NCBI GenBank assembly: GCA_963669175.1
Contig: OY769902.1
Span: forward strand, 4,000,001-4,064,000
Reading direction: 5' to 3'
DNA: 64,000 nt
DNA from: a bacterium
GTDB lineage: Bacteria; Electryoneota; Electryoneia; Electryoneales; Electryoneaceae
The notes beneath the pieces were generated by a model. It saw only the letters and a program-made list of their open reading frames with translations, was not told where the DNA came from and did not search any database. Positions 19,486-29,256 of this stretch are shown here, piece by piece. The translations under genes and the position numbers were made by a program. Each line of letters starts with the position of its first letter. Position 1 is the stretch's first letter.

Positions 19486-21201
19486 TCAATCCAGTGCCAG
19501 TTTCCAGGCGGGAACCCCTTTCCCTTTCAGGGTATTCAGGAAGGCTTCCGTATCCGCGCCATCGTATTCCGGGACAAGATAGACGACTTCACGGAAGAGG
19601 TGCGAACGCAGGATACGTTGCGCCAGCTCTTCTGTCGGCGATTCACGGAACACTACTGTTCCCGGCAACTTCGCCAACGCGCTTTCCCATTTCCGGTTTC
19701 CCAGCACCACCGCAACCGCGCCCGGTTGCATGAACTGGAGGCCAGCGCCAGCCGATGCGATATCTTCCGCCTCCTGCGCTACTTCTGCTTCGACCAGTGC
19801 CGCAGGACGTGCAGATTCCGCCAGCTCGATCACATCACCCAGTGTCGGGACATACGTTTCCCAACCCAGCTCGGTATGCAGACGATCCGACATGGCCTGT
19901 AGACCGGTATCTTCCCCGTGAACCAGGAAAGTCCGCATGGGTGTACGCATCTTTCGCAACCAGGGCATCATCTCGGAATAGTCCGCATGGCCACTCATGG
20001 ATGAGATGTTGACAATCTCAGCTTTGACCTTGATATGCTGACCATGAATCTTGACATATTCAGCCCCTTCAATCAGCTTCCGGCCACGAGTTTCCTCCGC
20101 CTGGTAGCCAACGATGATGATTGAGTTTTTCGGGTCCGGCAGGAGTCGGCTCATGTGGTGCAGCACACGACCTGCTGTTGCCATCCCACTTGCCGACACA
20201 ATGACCGCTGGGCCTTGGTGATCATTCAATTTCTGGGACTGTTCACGTGTTGTCAGGTAATGGACATTGGGCCGTTTGAACACACGCTCCGCCTGTATTC
20301 CTGCGAGCAACTTGGCCCCAAGCTCTTCCGGGTGACTACGGGTTTCCCAGGTCACCGAAACCGCCATCGGGCTGTCAAGGAATACATCTACCGTGGGAAT
20401 AACCTTTTCATCCATCAGGTCAGCCAGGAAAAATAACATCTGCTGACTGCGTCCCAGCGCAAAAGCGGGAATAACGACTGTGCCGCCACGTTCAAACGTG
20501 CGGAGCATGACGTCAGCCAGTTCCTTCTTCGGATCGCCGCCACCGTGCAGACGGTCGCCGTAAGTGGATTCAAGCAGCAGGAAATCCGCATTTACCGGCG
20601 GATCGGGATCGAGCAGCAACGGCGTGTTGTAACGCCCAACATCACCGGAATAAACAACCTTCGTCGGTTGACCGTTTTCCTCAATCTCCACCACGACAAA
20701 CGCCGAACCAAGAATATGTCCGTTATGCCGGAGCGATACCTTGGCCGTGTCCAAGATCGGCACCGGCTGACGATATGGCAGCGGCACAAACAACGGTAGC
20801 GTCTTCTCTACATCCTGTACCGTGTATAATGGTTCTGGCTTTTCATGCTTGGAATAGCCGAACTTGGTGGCGTGCTTGGCATCTTCTTCCTGTATGTGTG
20901 CGCTGTCTCGCAGCATGATTTCTGCCAGGTCACATGTCGCTCGCGTCGCGTAAACCGGTCCCTTGAAACCTTCCTTGACCAGTTTCGGGAGATAGCCCAA
21001 GTGGTCGATGTGGGCGTGAGAAATGATAACAGCGTCGATTGTCTTGGGATCAACCGGGAATGGTTCACGGTTTTTCAGGCGTAACTCTTTACGTCCCTGG
21101 AACATTCCACAATCAAGCAGGAGTCTGCGATTATGCCACTCGAGAAGGTGCTTGGAGCCGGTTACTGTACCGGCAGCCCCCAGAAAATGAATTGATGCCA
21201 A
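19486..21201 (-). CDS. MBL-fold beta-CASP ribonuclease (YSH1/TTHA0252-like) with C-terminal extension
   Basis: GAAGTVTGS, DCGMFQG, SHAHIDH, GHILGS, ESTYGDR, IPAFALGR, SGHAD, LVHGE. Confidence 0.9.
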   Translation of the reverse strand: MASIHFLGAAGTVTGSKHLLEWHNRRLLLDCGMFQGRKELRLKNREPFPVDPKTIDAVIISHAHIDHLGYLPKLVKEGFKGPVYATRATCDLAEIMLRDSAHIQEEDAKHATKFGYSKHEKPEPLYTVQDVEKTLPLFVPLPYRQPVPILDTAKVSLRHNGHILGSAFVVVEIEENGQPTKVVYSGDVGRYNTPLLLDPDPPVNADFLLLESTYGDRLHGGGDPKKELADVMLRTFERGGTVVIPAFALGRSQQMLFFLADLMDEKVIPTVDVFLDSPMAVSVTWETRSHPEELGAKLLAGIQAERVFKRPNVHYLTTREQSQKLNDHQGPAVIVSASGMATAGRVLHHMSRLLPDPKNSIIIVGYQAEETRGRKLIEGAEYVKIHGQHIKVKAEIVNISSMSGHADYSEMMPWLRKMRTPMRTFLVHGEDTGLQAMSDRLHTELGWETYVPTLGDVIELAESARPAALVEAEVAQEAEDIASAGAGLQFMQPGAVAVVLGNRKWESALAKLPGTVVFRESPTEELAQRILRSHLFREVVYLVPEYDGADTEAFLNTLKGKGVPAWKLALD

Positions 21202-21228
21202 CAGATACCTCCAACAGTATGCGAAACA

Positions 21229-22059
21229 CTACTCCGAACGTTCTTTCTTCACCCACTCAACCATCGTCTGCAACCAGAACCACTCTGAGTCCGGTTCCGA
21301 CAAATCGGAACCGAAGTTACTGCCGTCCCGTCCACTATCCTCTTCAATTTCAGGCTGAACAGAACATACCACAACCCGACCGTTTCCATATTCGAATATC
21401 GCTGCCGCAGGAGTCTGCGTAACAGCAAGTGTAGCAATAGATACTGCTGTCGGAGAGATGATGTTGAACTGCGGTCCGCCATGATAAAGAACCTGTACAG
21501 CGCCGATGGATGTCGGGTTAAGATAATACTGGTCAAGATTTACAATTGTCATGGCATAGCTCGGATTCGGCGCGATCAGATCAACCGGGCCTTCAGCGAG
21601 ACCATGATACAATCCCAAACCGTACGCATATGATGTCAAGCGATTAATCACCATGGAATCGGCCGCGAGATACGCTCCCGCTCCCAAACCAATGTAGCCG
21701 CCGCCACGCGAGACAAGGTTAAGAATATTCTGACGTCCTGTATATCCCAGTGCATCCGAGATTTCTTCCGGATCACCTTCACCAATAATAACCACGCCAT
21801 AATTGCGCAATCCCTGCTGGAATGCCGATGCGTCCAACAGCTTTACTTCGCGCCCTGCATTTTCCAGGCAAAGCTGAATCGCAGTTGCCGAGACATCCCA
21901 GACACCGTCGCCATTATAAACCGCAATGGTATCCGAGATGACGCCGTCATCGTCGTCATCGTCATCCTTGTAACAACCGGGAACTGTCAACAGTGAAGTG
22001 AGGAAAATGCCGATGCAGACCAGCATGAACCAGGAAGACGTACGGTAAGACCGGACCAT
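21229..22059 (-). CDS. Lipoprotein with BPL_N (class I glutamine-amidotransferase-like) domain
   Basis: Lipobox VPG|C-YKDDDDDDD; IAVYNGDG, GGGYIGLGAGAYLA, YGNGRVVVCSVQPE. Confidence 0.75.
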   Translation of the reverse strand: MVRSYRTSSWFMLVCIGIFLTSLLTVPGCYKDDDDDDDGVISDTIAVYNGDGVWDVSATAIQLCLENAGREVKLLDASAFQQGLRNYGVVIIGEGDPEEISDALGYTGRQNILNLVSRGGGYIGLGAGAYLAADSMVINRLTSYAYGLGLYHGLAEGPVDLIAPNPSYAMTIVNLDQYYLNPTSIGAVQVLYHGGPQFNIISPTAVSIATLAVTQTPAAAIFEYGNGRVVVCSVQPEIEEDSGRDGSNFGSDLSEPDSEWFWLQTMVEWVKKERSE

Positions 22060-22260
22060 CAGGGACACTCCTTGAAACATGAAAGAAATACTTGCATAGA
22101 CAACGTATCTACGAAGCTGACCTGAAGCAAGTGAGCACAGGGGCGCCTGGTTCAAGTTCCCATCACAGTTGTGAAAGAAAACCAACACTTGAAATCATAG
22201 CTCTCTTTCGCCAACAACTTAATAAGCAACAGTTTAATAAAACCTGATCCAGACCTCATA

Positions 22261-22277
22261 CTGGCGCAAATTTTGCT
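22261..22277 (+). promoter_or_regulatory. Candidate sigma54 promoter
   Basis: CTGGCGCAAATTTTGCT has exact GG-N10-GC spacing in an intergenic region upstream of two lipoprotein genes. Confidence 0.5.
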
Positions 22278-22415
22278 AATATTGCAAAGTAAGCTTCACA
22301 CACATCACACTCCCGGTGGGCGCCGGAAAATCCGTGGGAGAGGCTTGGGTGGTTTGAGTGAACCGATCTACAGGTATCGGCCACAACAACTCCATCTATC
22401 TCGCAGGGAGGCCAC

Positions 22416-23084
22416 ATGCTCACCATATCGACTCGTTTTGTCACCCTCGTTTTGCTTCCGGTATTTGTGTCTGCATTGCTTTTACTGGCCGGTTGCAGTG
22501 GCGGTAAAACGCTCACTCCAAAGATTACGAAATACACCGGCGCTACCTATGGCGGCATCATTGAGGATACGGAGGTTGATGCGATCTCCTCCGCCACCTA
22601 TCCGCGCATCGGAACAGGAGTCCGTGGCGAATTCCAGCTCGCCAACCAGACCTTCGAGACCGGTATCGGCTGGAACTGGCTTGCCCAGGAATTTGAATAC
22701 AATGATCCGGCAGCCGGTTTCGTTGGCACACGTACGCTCGGATATCATCAGCTTCGTGTACCCCTTACCTGGAACATTCCCCTGTTCAAGGACGCTCGTG
22801 GCCGAGCGCCGCTAATTTTCAAGCTGGGCGTGAGTGGTGGCGCTACTCTTGGCGCCTGTATTCGAAACAGCTCCAACCTGCCCAACTATGATTTTACTAC
22901 CCTCGACGCCGGTTTGCAGGCTGGAATGGCTGTATTTCCGTTCCAGTGGAACAGGAAAAAGGATATCGGGATGCTGATAGAGTTCTACCGTGGCACTTCC
23001 ATCTTCGAAGATGCCTATATCGACGCGCCCGATTACGGAAATAACAGTATGATCCTGATTGGGCTGGCAATCAGGGAATGGTAA
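22416..23084 (+). CDS. Lipoprotein, probable small outer-membrane beta-barrel
   Basis: Lipobox LLAG|C; alternating amphipathic strands; aromatic C-terminus. Confidence 0.6.
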   Translation: MLTISTRFVTLVLLPVFVSALLLLAGCSGGKTLTPKITKYTGATYGGIIEDTEVDAISSATYPRIGTGVRGEFQLANQTFETGIGWNWLAQEFEYNDPAAGFVGTRTLGYHQLRVPLTWNIPLFKDARGRAPLIFKLGVSGGATLGACIRNSSNLPNYDFTTLDAGLQAGMAVFPFQWNRKKDIGMLIEFYRGTSIFEDAYIDAPDYGNNSMILIGLAIREW

Positions 23085-23131
23085 TGGGTACTTTCAGAAG
23101 AGTTTTCAACTTGACGTTTACGGAGGCATTG

Positions 23132-23857
23132 ATGAAGCGAATAGTCCTGTTGCTGCCCTTGCTCCTGCTCTTTACTGGCTGTGTCATTGATGATGACGAA
23201 TCGGATGACGGCAGCCGTGCGCAAAAGATGGGCGTAGTCTATGTGGATGCGGACGCCTTGGACCAGCTCATGCTCAGTATCGATAATGGCGATATTGATG
23301 TTTCCCTGTCCTATTCTGATTCTGTCAAAATCGTCTATACCAAAACCGTTGAATGCGAGGAATCCGGGCGAGCGGCCAATTACATTGATGACGTAGTATT
23401 GTCAACGACTGTTCAGGGCGAACGTCTGCTCGTTTATGATGAACTCCCCCAGGATATGATCGACATGACGATTACCATCGATCTGGATATCTCGCTGCCT
23501 TACAGGATGACCATGAGCGCCTCGCTGACCAATGGTGATATCCTCGCCTACCCACTGGTTGGTCTGCACCAGGCAATCCTGATCAATGGTAATATCACGG
23601 CTACTCCCGGCACCCTGAGTTCGGATGAGAGCGTCCAGTTCCAGACAACCAACGGCCATATCAACCTGGGAATGAATTCCAATGCTGATTTTGACTTCAA
23701 TGTCCAGACGATCAACGGCCACATCTCAATTGAGGACTTTGATGACCTCAACCTGGTTCTGACACAGAGCAATCATATGGTGGGATACATGAATGAAGGC
23801 GGATCACTGGCAACACTGCACTCGACGAATGGAAATATCACGTTGCGCGGAGAATAG
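23132..23857 (+). CDS. DUF4097-family beta-strand-repeat lipoprotein
   Basis: GGAGG RBS; lipobox FTG|C-VIDDDE; repeated (T/I)NG(D/N/H)I motifs. Confidence 0.8.
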   Translation: MKRIVLLLPLLLLFTGCVIDDDESDDGSRAQKMGVVYVDADALDQLMLSIDNGDIDVSLSYSDSVKIVYTKTVECEESGRAANYIDDVVLSTTVQGERLLVYDELPQDMIDMTITIDLDISLPYRMTMSASLTNGDILAYPLVGLHQAILINGNITATPGTLSSDESVQFQTTNGHINLGMNSNADFDFNVQTINGHISIEDFDDLNLVLTQSNHMVGYMNEGGSLATLHSTNGNITLRGE

Positions 23858-24027
23858 TAGTTGCATTTCAGGGAGTCAGCCGATACTAGGATTCGCGAGA
23901 GCGAATCCTTTTGTTTTCGCCCCCCTTCACATAAACACAAACCACTCCTCCCCCTTCATCTCGCTATCTTCCTTTGTATATTCCAAGTTACGATTGAACG
24001 GGAGATCGTCCGGTTACAGGCGGGGTC

Positions 24028-25041
24028 ATGGGGCCACGATTTAAAGACTATTACACCATCCTTGGGGTTATCCGCACGGCTACGCAGGAGGAGATCCAGC
24101 GTAACTACCGCAAGTTGGCACGGAAGTATCATCCGGATGTCAACAAGGCGGTGTGGGCGGAGGACAAGTTCAAGGAGATCCAGGAAGCTCATGAAGCGTT
24201 GGGCGACCCGGAGAAGCGTGCCCGGTATGACTCCCTTGGTCCGCAATGGCGTGACGGTCAGGATTTCAGCCCGCCGCCCAACTGGGGGCCGACCGCCCAG
24301 TATGGCGACACCATGGAATTCGACTTCGGCGATCAGGCTGCTGGAGAAGATGATCACTCCGATTTCTTCGAGTCCCTCTTCGGAAAAGGTTTCCGGCATT
24401 TTGACGAGCGTTTCGACGCTGCCTGGGAACGCGCAAAAGCGTCCGATCCCCACATGCAGAAAGCACAGACCTCCAAGGATCTCCAAGCAGAGGTGGAGGT
24501 GGCGCTGGAGGAAACGCTCTATGGCTGCACACGTAGATTGACCATCCGGCCAACCCACGCTCCCAACATCAAGCCACGAACCCTCGAGGTGAAAATACCG
24601 AGCGGGATTCGGAACGGTGCGCGGGTACGTGTGCCCGGACAGGGTGTTCCGGGTTGGGCAGGCAGCAAGCCCGGCGACCTCTTGATCACGGTGAAGGTCA
24701 AACCGCATCCGTTCCTCTCCCCCGATGGGGATGACCTGCGTTTGAGCTTACCTTTATCGCCCTGGGAGGCGATGCTCGGCGGACGCTATTACCTGCCTAC
24801 CCTGGAGGGACGTCACGCTACCACCATCCCACCCGGCGCGACCGAAGGATCACGTTTTCGCATCCATGAGCAGGGGCTTGCGGGACGCAACGGCGACCGT
24901 GGAGATTTAATCGTGGAAGTAATGCTGGTTTACCCGCGGGAACTTACGGATAACGAGCGAGTACTTCTGGAGAAGTTGAAAAAGAAAAGCGGTTTCAACC
25001 CGCGACCGTGGGAAGAAGAAAAAGATTTCGGAAAAGAGTAA
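24028..25041 (+). CDS. DnaJ class B / CbpA-like co-chaperone
   Basis: KDYY.ILGV, YHPDVN, no Zn finger, C-terminal GDL motifs. Confidence 0.9.
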   Translation: MGPRFKDYYTILGVIRTATQEEIQRNYRKLARKYHPDVNKAVWAEDKFKEIQEAHEALGDPEKRARYDSLGPQWRDGQDFSPPPNWGPTAQYGDTMEFDFGDQAAGEDDHSDFFESLFGKGFRHFDERFDAAWERAKASDPHMQKAQTSKDLQAEVEVALEETLYGCTRRLTIRPTHAPNIKPRTLEVKIPSGIRNGARVRVPGQGVPGWAGSKPGDLLITVKVKPHPFLSPDGDDLRLSLPLSPWEAMLGGRYYLPTLEGRHATTIPPGATEGSRFRIHEQGLAGRNGDRGDLIVEVMLVYPRELTDNERVLLEKLKKKSGFNPRPWEEEKDFGKE

Positions 25042-25089
25042 CAGGCATCCTGCTATGCCCGATGAGTATTGCAGGGTAAAGTGGCTGCG

Positions 25090-25332
25090 AAAAATGGGAC
25101 TGTTACCTTTTCATGTTTTCAAATACAAGACACTCATGGCAATCTGGAAGAAAAGGTAACTGTACCGAATTTTTCGCAAGCTTGTTGTTCTTGATCAATC
25201 GAAAATCCTGGGACAGCTACCTTTTCTGCTATTCGTATACGTTTGAAGGCCAGTAGTCGTCTGTACAATCCATTTTTTTCATTGTGTTCGGGTATTGTCT
25301 CTTGCAGAAAAGTGTAGCAGTCCCGATTTTCC
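25090..25332. repeat. Two inverted pairs of GGGAC(A/T)G-type REP-like repeats
   Basis: GGGACTGTTACCTTTT / AAAAGGTAACTGTACC and GGGACAGCTACCTTTT / AAAAGTGTAGCAGTCCC. Confidence 0.65.
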
Positions 25333-25497
25333 TGCTGATTTAGTCGCGTGGTTCGATTCATTCAGGATAGGGGTGCGACAACTCTTATAGAACCCGACTA
25401 ACAGAGATAGCACCTTTGCGAGTCGAATACAGCTTACAAAAACAAAAAACAAAACAACAGTAACCATACATACGTTAGCAAGAAGGAGGATAGACCA

Positions 25498-27405
25498 ATG
25501 AGCGACAAGACCGGCGAGAAAGGGAAAACCCTGCGATTCAAGGCAGAGGTGGCACAGCTCCTGGACATCGTGGTCAATTCGCTGTATACGGACAAGGAGA
25601 TTTTTGTCCGTGAACTGATTTCCAACGCTTCAGACGCGCTTGAGAAAATGCGTCGTCTTGCCCTCGTGGAAAAGGATGTCCTGGACAAGGATGCCCCGTT
25701 GGAAATCCGAATCACCACCGATGAAGAAAACCATACGTTTACCATCACCGACACCGGGATCGGAATGAATGCTGATGAAGCCAACCAGAACCTCGGCACC
25801 ATCGCGCATTCCGGCTCACGTGAGTTCATCAAACAGGCAGCGGAAGGCGAACAGCTCGACTTCAGCCTGATTGGTCAATTCGGTGTCGGTTTTTACTCTG
25901 CGTTTATGGTTGCCGAGAAGGTAGAAGTCACCACACGCAGTTACCGTAGCGACGATGAAGGCATACTCTGGACCTCCACAGGCGCCGGTACCTTCACCAT
26001 CAAACCACGTGAAGGCTTGAAACGTGGCACGTCGATTACTGTTTACCTGAAAGAAAAGCAGTACGAATACGCCAAAGAACGCACCATCAAGGATCTGGTC
26101 AAGCAGTATTCCAATTTCGTAGACTTCCCGATTTTCATTGGCGACGAGCAGGTGAATACGGTCGGCGCGCTCTGGACCAAGACCAAGAGCGATATCACCG
26201 AAGAGGAATACAAAGAATTTTACAAGTTCATCGCCAACGCGTTTGATGAACCGATGTACACATTCCATTTCAACGCGGACGCTCCCCTGGCGATCAAATC
26301 CGTCCTCTTCGTACCCGGCGACAACCAGGAGATGCTCGGCCTGGGACGTGTGGAGCCCGGCGTATCGCTCTACTGCAAGAAAGTCCTGATCCAGCAGCAG
26401 GCCGAAGAGCTTCTCCCCGAGTATTTCCGATTTATCAAGGGTGTTATCGATTCAGATGACCTGCCCCTGAATATCAGCCGTGAGACCATGCAGGACAGCG
26501 CGTTGATCGCCAAGATCCGCCAGGTCATGACCGGGCGTCTGATCAAATTCCTCTATGAGGAAGCAAGTTTCGACGCTGAGAAGTATAACGATTTCTTCAA
26601 GAAATTCGGCACCTTCATCAAGGAAGGCGTGTACTCCGACTACGATCACCGTAAAGAACTGGCCAAGCTGCTGCGTTATGAATCCAGCGCAACTAAAGAC
26701 CAGGAACTGACCTCGCTGGACGATTACGTCTCCCGGATGAAAGAATCCCAGAAGGACATTTACTTCATCTCCGGGCCGAACCGTGAAGTGATCGAAGCCG
26801 GTCCCTACCTGGAAGCCTTCCAGCAGGCGGGATTTGAAGTGCTGTACATGTACGAAGGCGGCGATGATATCGTGATGTCCGGCCTGCGTGAATACGCGGA
26901 CAAAAAACTGGTCTCCGCGGATCAGGCTGACATTGATCTTCCTGAAGAAGTGAAAGAAGAAACCGAAGATAAAGAAAAGAAGCCGGAAGGTTTGTCGAAG
27001 GATGACGCCGGTGATCTGGCCAAATGGATGAAGGAAGTCCTTGGCGACAAGATCAGCGAGGTGCGCATCTCGAAGCGTCTCGTCGGCAGCCCGGCGGTGC
27101 TGGTCAATCCCAGCGATCACATGACCACCGGCATGCAGCGTGTGTTACAGGCGGCGGCACGGAATGATTTCATGTTCGGCACTTTCCACCTGGAAATCAA
27201 TCCGAAGCACGCCATCATGCAAAACCTGAACAAGCTGCGCAGCGAAGAATCGGTCAAGGAAATCGCTGAGAACGCGGTCTGGATGCTGTTGGACAACGCG
27301 ACCATGGCTGCAGGATTGATGGTTGACCCGAAAGTGATGATGGAACGCAATACGGCGCTATTGACCACGGCGCTTGAACGGTTTGGACGTGACTCGGAAG
27401 CCTGA
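25498..27405 (+). CDS. htpG: Molecular chaperone HtpG (Hsp90)
   Basis: SLYTDKEIFVRELISNASDA, DTGIGM, IGQFGVGFYSAF, GVIDSDDLPLNISRE. Confidence 0.97.
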   Translation: MSDKTGEKGKTLRFKAEVAQLLDIVVNSLYTDKEIFVRELISNASDALEKMRRLALVEKDVLDKDAPLEIRITTDEENHTFTITDTGIGMNADEANQNLGTIAHSGSREFIKQAAEGEQLDFSLIGQFGVGFYSAFMVAEKVEVTTRSYRSDDEGILWTSTGAGTFTIKPREGLKRGTSITVYLKEKQYEYAKERTIKDLVKQYSNFVDFPIFIGDEQVNTVGALWTKTKSDITEEEYKEFYKFIANAFDEPMYTFHFNADAPLAIKSVLFVPGDNQEMLGLGRVEPGVSLYCKKVLIQQQAEELLPEYFRFIKGVIDSDDLPLNISRETMQDSALIAKIRQVMTGRLIKFLYEEASFDAEKYNDFFKKFGTFIKEGVYSDYDHRKELAKLLRYESSATKDQELTSLDDYVSRMKESQKDIYFISGPNREVIEAGPYLEAFQQAGFEVLYMYEGGDDIVMSGLREYADKKLVSADQADIDLPEEVKEETEDKEKKPEGLSKDDAGDLAKWMKEVLGDKISEVRISKRLVGSPAVLVNPSDHMTTGMQRVLQAAARNDFMFGTFHLEINPKHAIMQNLNKLRSEESVKEIAENAVWMLLDNATMAAGLMVDPKVMMERNTALLTTALERFGRDSEA

Positions 27406-28295
27406 TGCTGGTTGACGTGCATGGCGGTTTTCTCGCGGTGGAGGTGACGCTTTACGTCGCCTTCGCCGCGGGTGTTGTTTTCCTTATCCTGACACGACGT
27501 GCAGCCAACCGCGGACGTACAGTGCCGCAATGGCTCTATCGTCTCCTGCTGATCCCCCTGATCGGCGGGATGACCGTGTTTGGCGGGATCGCCATGGGCT
27601 GGGTGCAGTTTGCCACGCTTTTCGGCATCGGAATGATCCTCCCCGCTATCGGTGAAATCCTGGCGCTGAAATTCGGCTATGTTGGCCGTTATACCTACGA
27701 TCGTACGCTGGGACCACGCATTATCGGCGGGTTACCAATCGTTGTGATGGTCATGTGGGGAGTGCTGACAGTTCTTACCTACTGGGCCGGACTGACAGCC
27801 ATGGTGATTATCTCCATGAACGATGTCATCGCCTATGTGGACTACGCCACCCGTAACCCGGAACTGGCCAGCCCGATGGATATGCGTCTCCTGCTGGCGT
27901 TCGTGGTCGGTGTGCTCGGTTTCCTGCTGGACTTGGTGATGGACCCGGTGATGACCGACGGCGGGTTCTGGCAATGGGACAGACGTGGTCACGCCCGCCT
28001 GGGCCGCTGGTACGGCATCCCCTGGGCGAATTACATCGGCTGGTTTGTTGCCCTGTTTGTCGTTGTCGCGATCTACTCCTATTTCTTCGACCCCTACGCG
28101 CCGCTGCTCTTCCCCCAATTTAATCCGCCCCTGCATCTTCTGCTGGCGCTGCTTTTCCCCATGATGACGCTGGATTTCGCCCTGACCGCACGCGAACGTC
28201 GCCAGACACCACTCTACGCTATCGGTATGATCATCGCTGTCGGTTCCGCTGCATGGATCATCCGTGGCTGGTATGGGCTGTATTTCGGGATGTAG
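27405..28295 (+). CDS. Membrane protein of the CruF/carotenoid-biosynthesis (DUF422) family
   Basis: GRYTY...LGP.I.GGLP, DLVMDP, FWQW, YGIPWANYIGW; start uncertain. Confidence 0.75.
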   Translation: MLVDVHGGFLAVEVTLYVAFAAGVVFLILTRRAANRGRTVPQWLYRLLLIPLIGGMTVFGGIAMGWVQFATLFGIGMILPAIGEILALKFGYVGRYTYDRTLGPRIIGGLPIVVMVMWGVLTVLTYWAGLTAMVIISMNDVIAYVDYATRNPELASPMDMRLLLAFVVGVLGFLLDLVMDPVMTDGGFWQWDRRGHARLGRWYGIPWANYIGWFVALFVVVAIYSYFFDPYAPLLFPQFNPPLHLLLALLFPMMTLDFALTARERRQTPLYAIGMIIAVGSAAWIIRGWYGLYFGM

Positions 28296-28365
28296 GAATT
28301 CTTGCCCGATCCTCCATCTGTCGCTGGTTTTTCCGAATACACCCTCATTACTGATCCCATTCTCC

Positions 28366-28890
28366 TGTCATCCCCGGCCCAATTCCCATGCCATCCCCGG
28401 CCTCATTCCATGTCATCCCCGGCTTGAACGGGGATCTCAGCAGACTAAGGCGTGGCCCGACTGCTTGCTGTCAGGTTTCAGAGGCAAAGCGCGTCCCGTT
28501 CCCCTGTCATCCCCGGCTTGAACGGGGATCTCAGCAGACTAAGGCGTGGCCCGACTGCTTGCTGTCGGGTTTCAGAGGCAAAGCGCGTCCCGTTCCCATG
28601 TCATCCCCGGCCCAATTCCCATGCCATCCCCGGCCTCATTCCATGCCATCCCCGGCTTGAACGGGGATCTCAGCAGACTAAGGCGTGGCCCGACTGCTTG
28701 CTGTCGGGTTTCAGAGGCAAAGCGCGTCCCGTTCCCATGTCATCCCCGGCCCAATTCCCATGCCATCCCCGGCCTCATTCCATGTCATCCCCGGCTTGAA
28801 CGGGGATCTCAGCAGACTAAGGCGTGGCCCGACTGCTTGCTGTCAGGTTTCAGAGGCAAAGCGCGTCCCGTTCCCCTGTCATCCCCTCCC
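28366..28890. repeat. Composite tandem array of REP-like palindromes (units of 139, 94, 139, 139 bp plus a partial unit)
   Basis: Units start at 28366, 28505, 28599, 28738, 28877; core TGYCATCCCCGGCTTGAACGGGGATCTC...GTGGCCCGACTGCTTGCTGTCRGG is nearly identical between units. Confidence 0.95.
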
Positions 28891-29015
28891 CGAATGTTGT
28901 GGTCGAGGATCTACCGGAGATCTCGAGGATACAGTATAAATGCTGAATTCACAATGTGTTGTTTCACGCAAAGCCGCAAAGAGCGCAAAGGAAGAAAACA
29001 AGAAAAACATGGCGG

Positions 29016-29109
29016 GTGGCCCTATTCGCACGTGATGATTTGAAGTCCATAAGGTTGATGGATACTTTGTTGAAGCAACAATACACGACGCAGCATGGAG
29101 TGAATAGGG
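29016..29109 (+). repeat. Long-loop GTGG hairpin unit (~95 bp)
   Basis: GTGG-CCCTATTCGC...GTGAATAGGG, with the same span and layout as units at 15031, 15613 (reverse), 48612 and 48843. Confidence 0.55.
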
Positions 29110-29256
29110 ACGGAGATTGGCCTGGGGAGCTGTTTGAGGCTTTATACATTATCCCGATGCGCTTATGAGGATTGGACGAGATAAAGGATACAGTGAGAGT
29201 TTTTCTGCTGAAATGCGAAAAGAAGCTGTATCACTTGGGCATCGGACTCCCGTCAA

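Noticed and set aside
25400-25440. CIRCE operator before htpG
   Set aside because: Only TAGCAC matches; the second half-site GAGTGCTAA at 9-bp spacing is missing.
28366-28890. CRISPR array
   Set aside because: The sequences between repeats are identical rather than unique spacers, the period is 94 or 139 bp, and no cas genes are present.
28388-29043. Repetitive ORFs (MARLLAV..., CHPRLERGS...) over the array
   Set aside because: They are translations of the stop-poor DNA repeat in several frames, without RBS.
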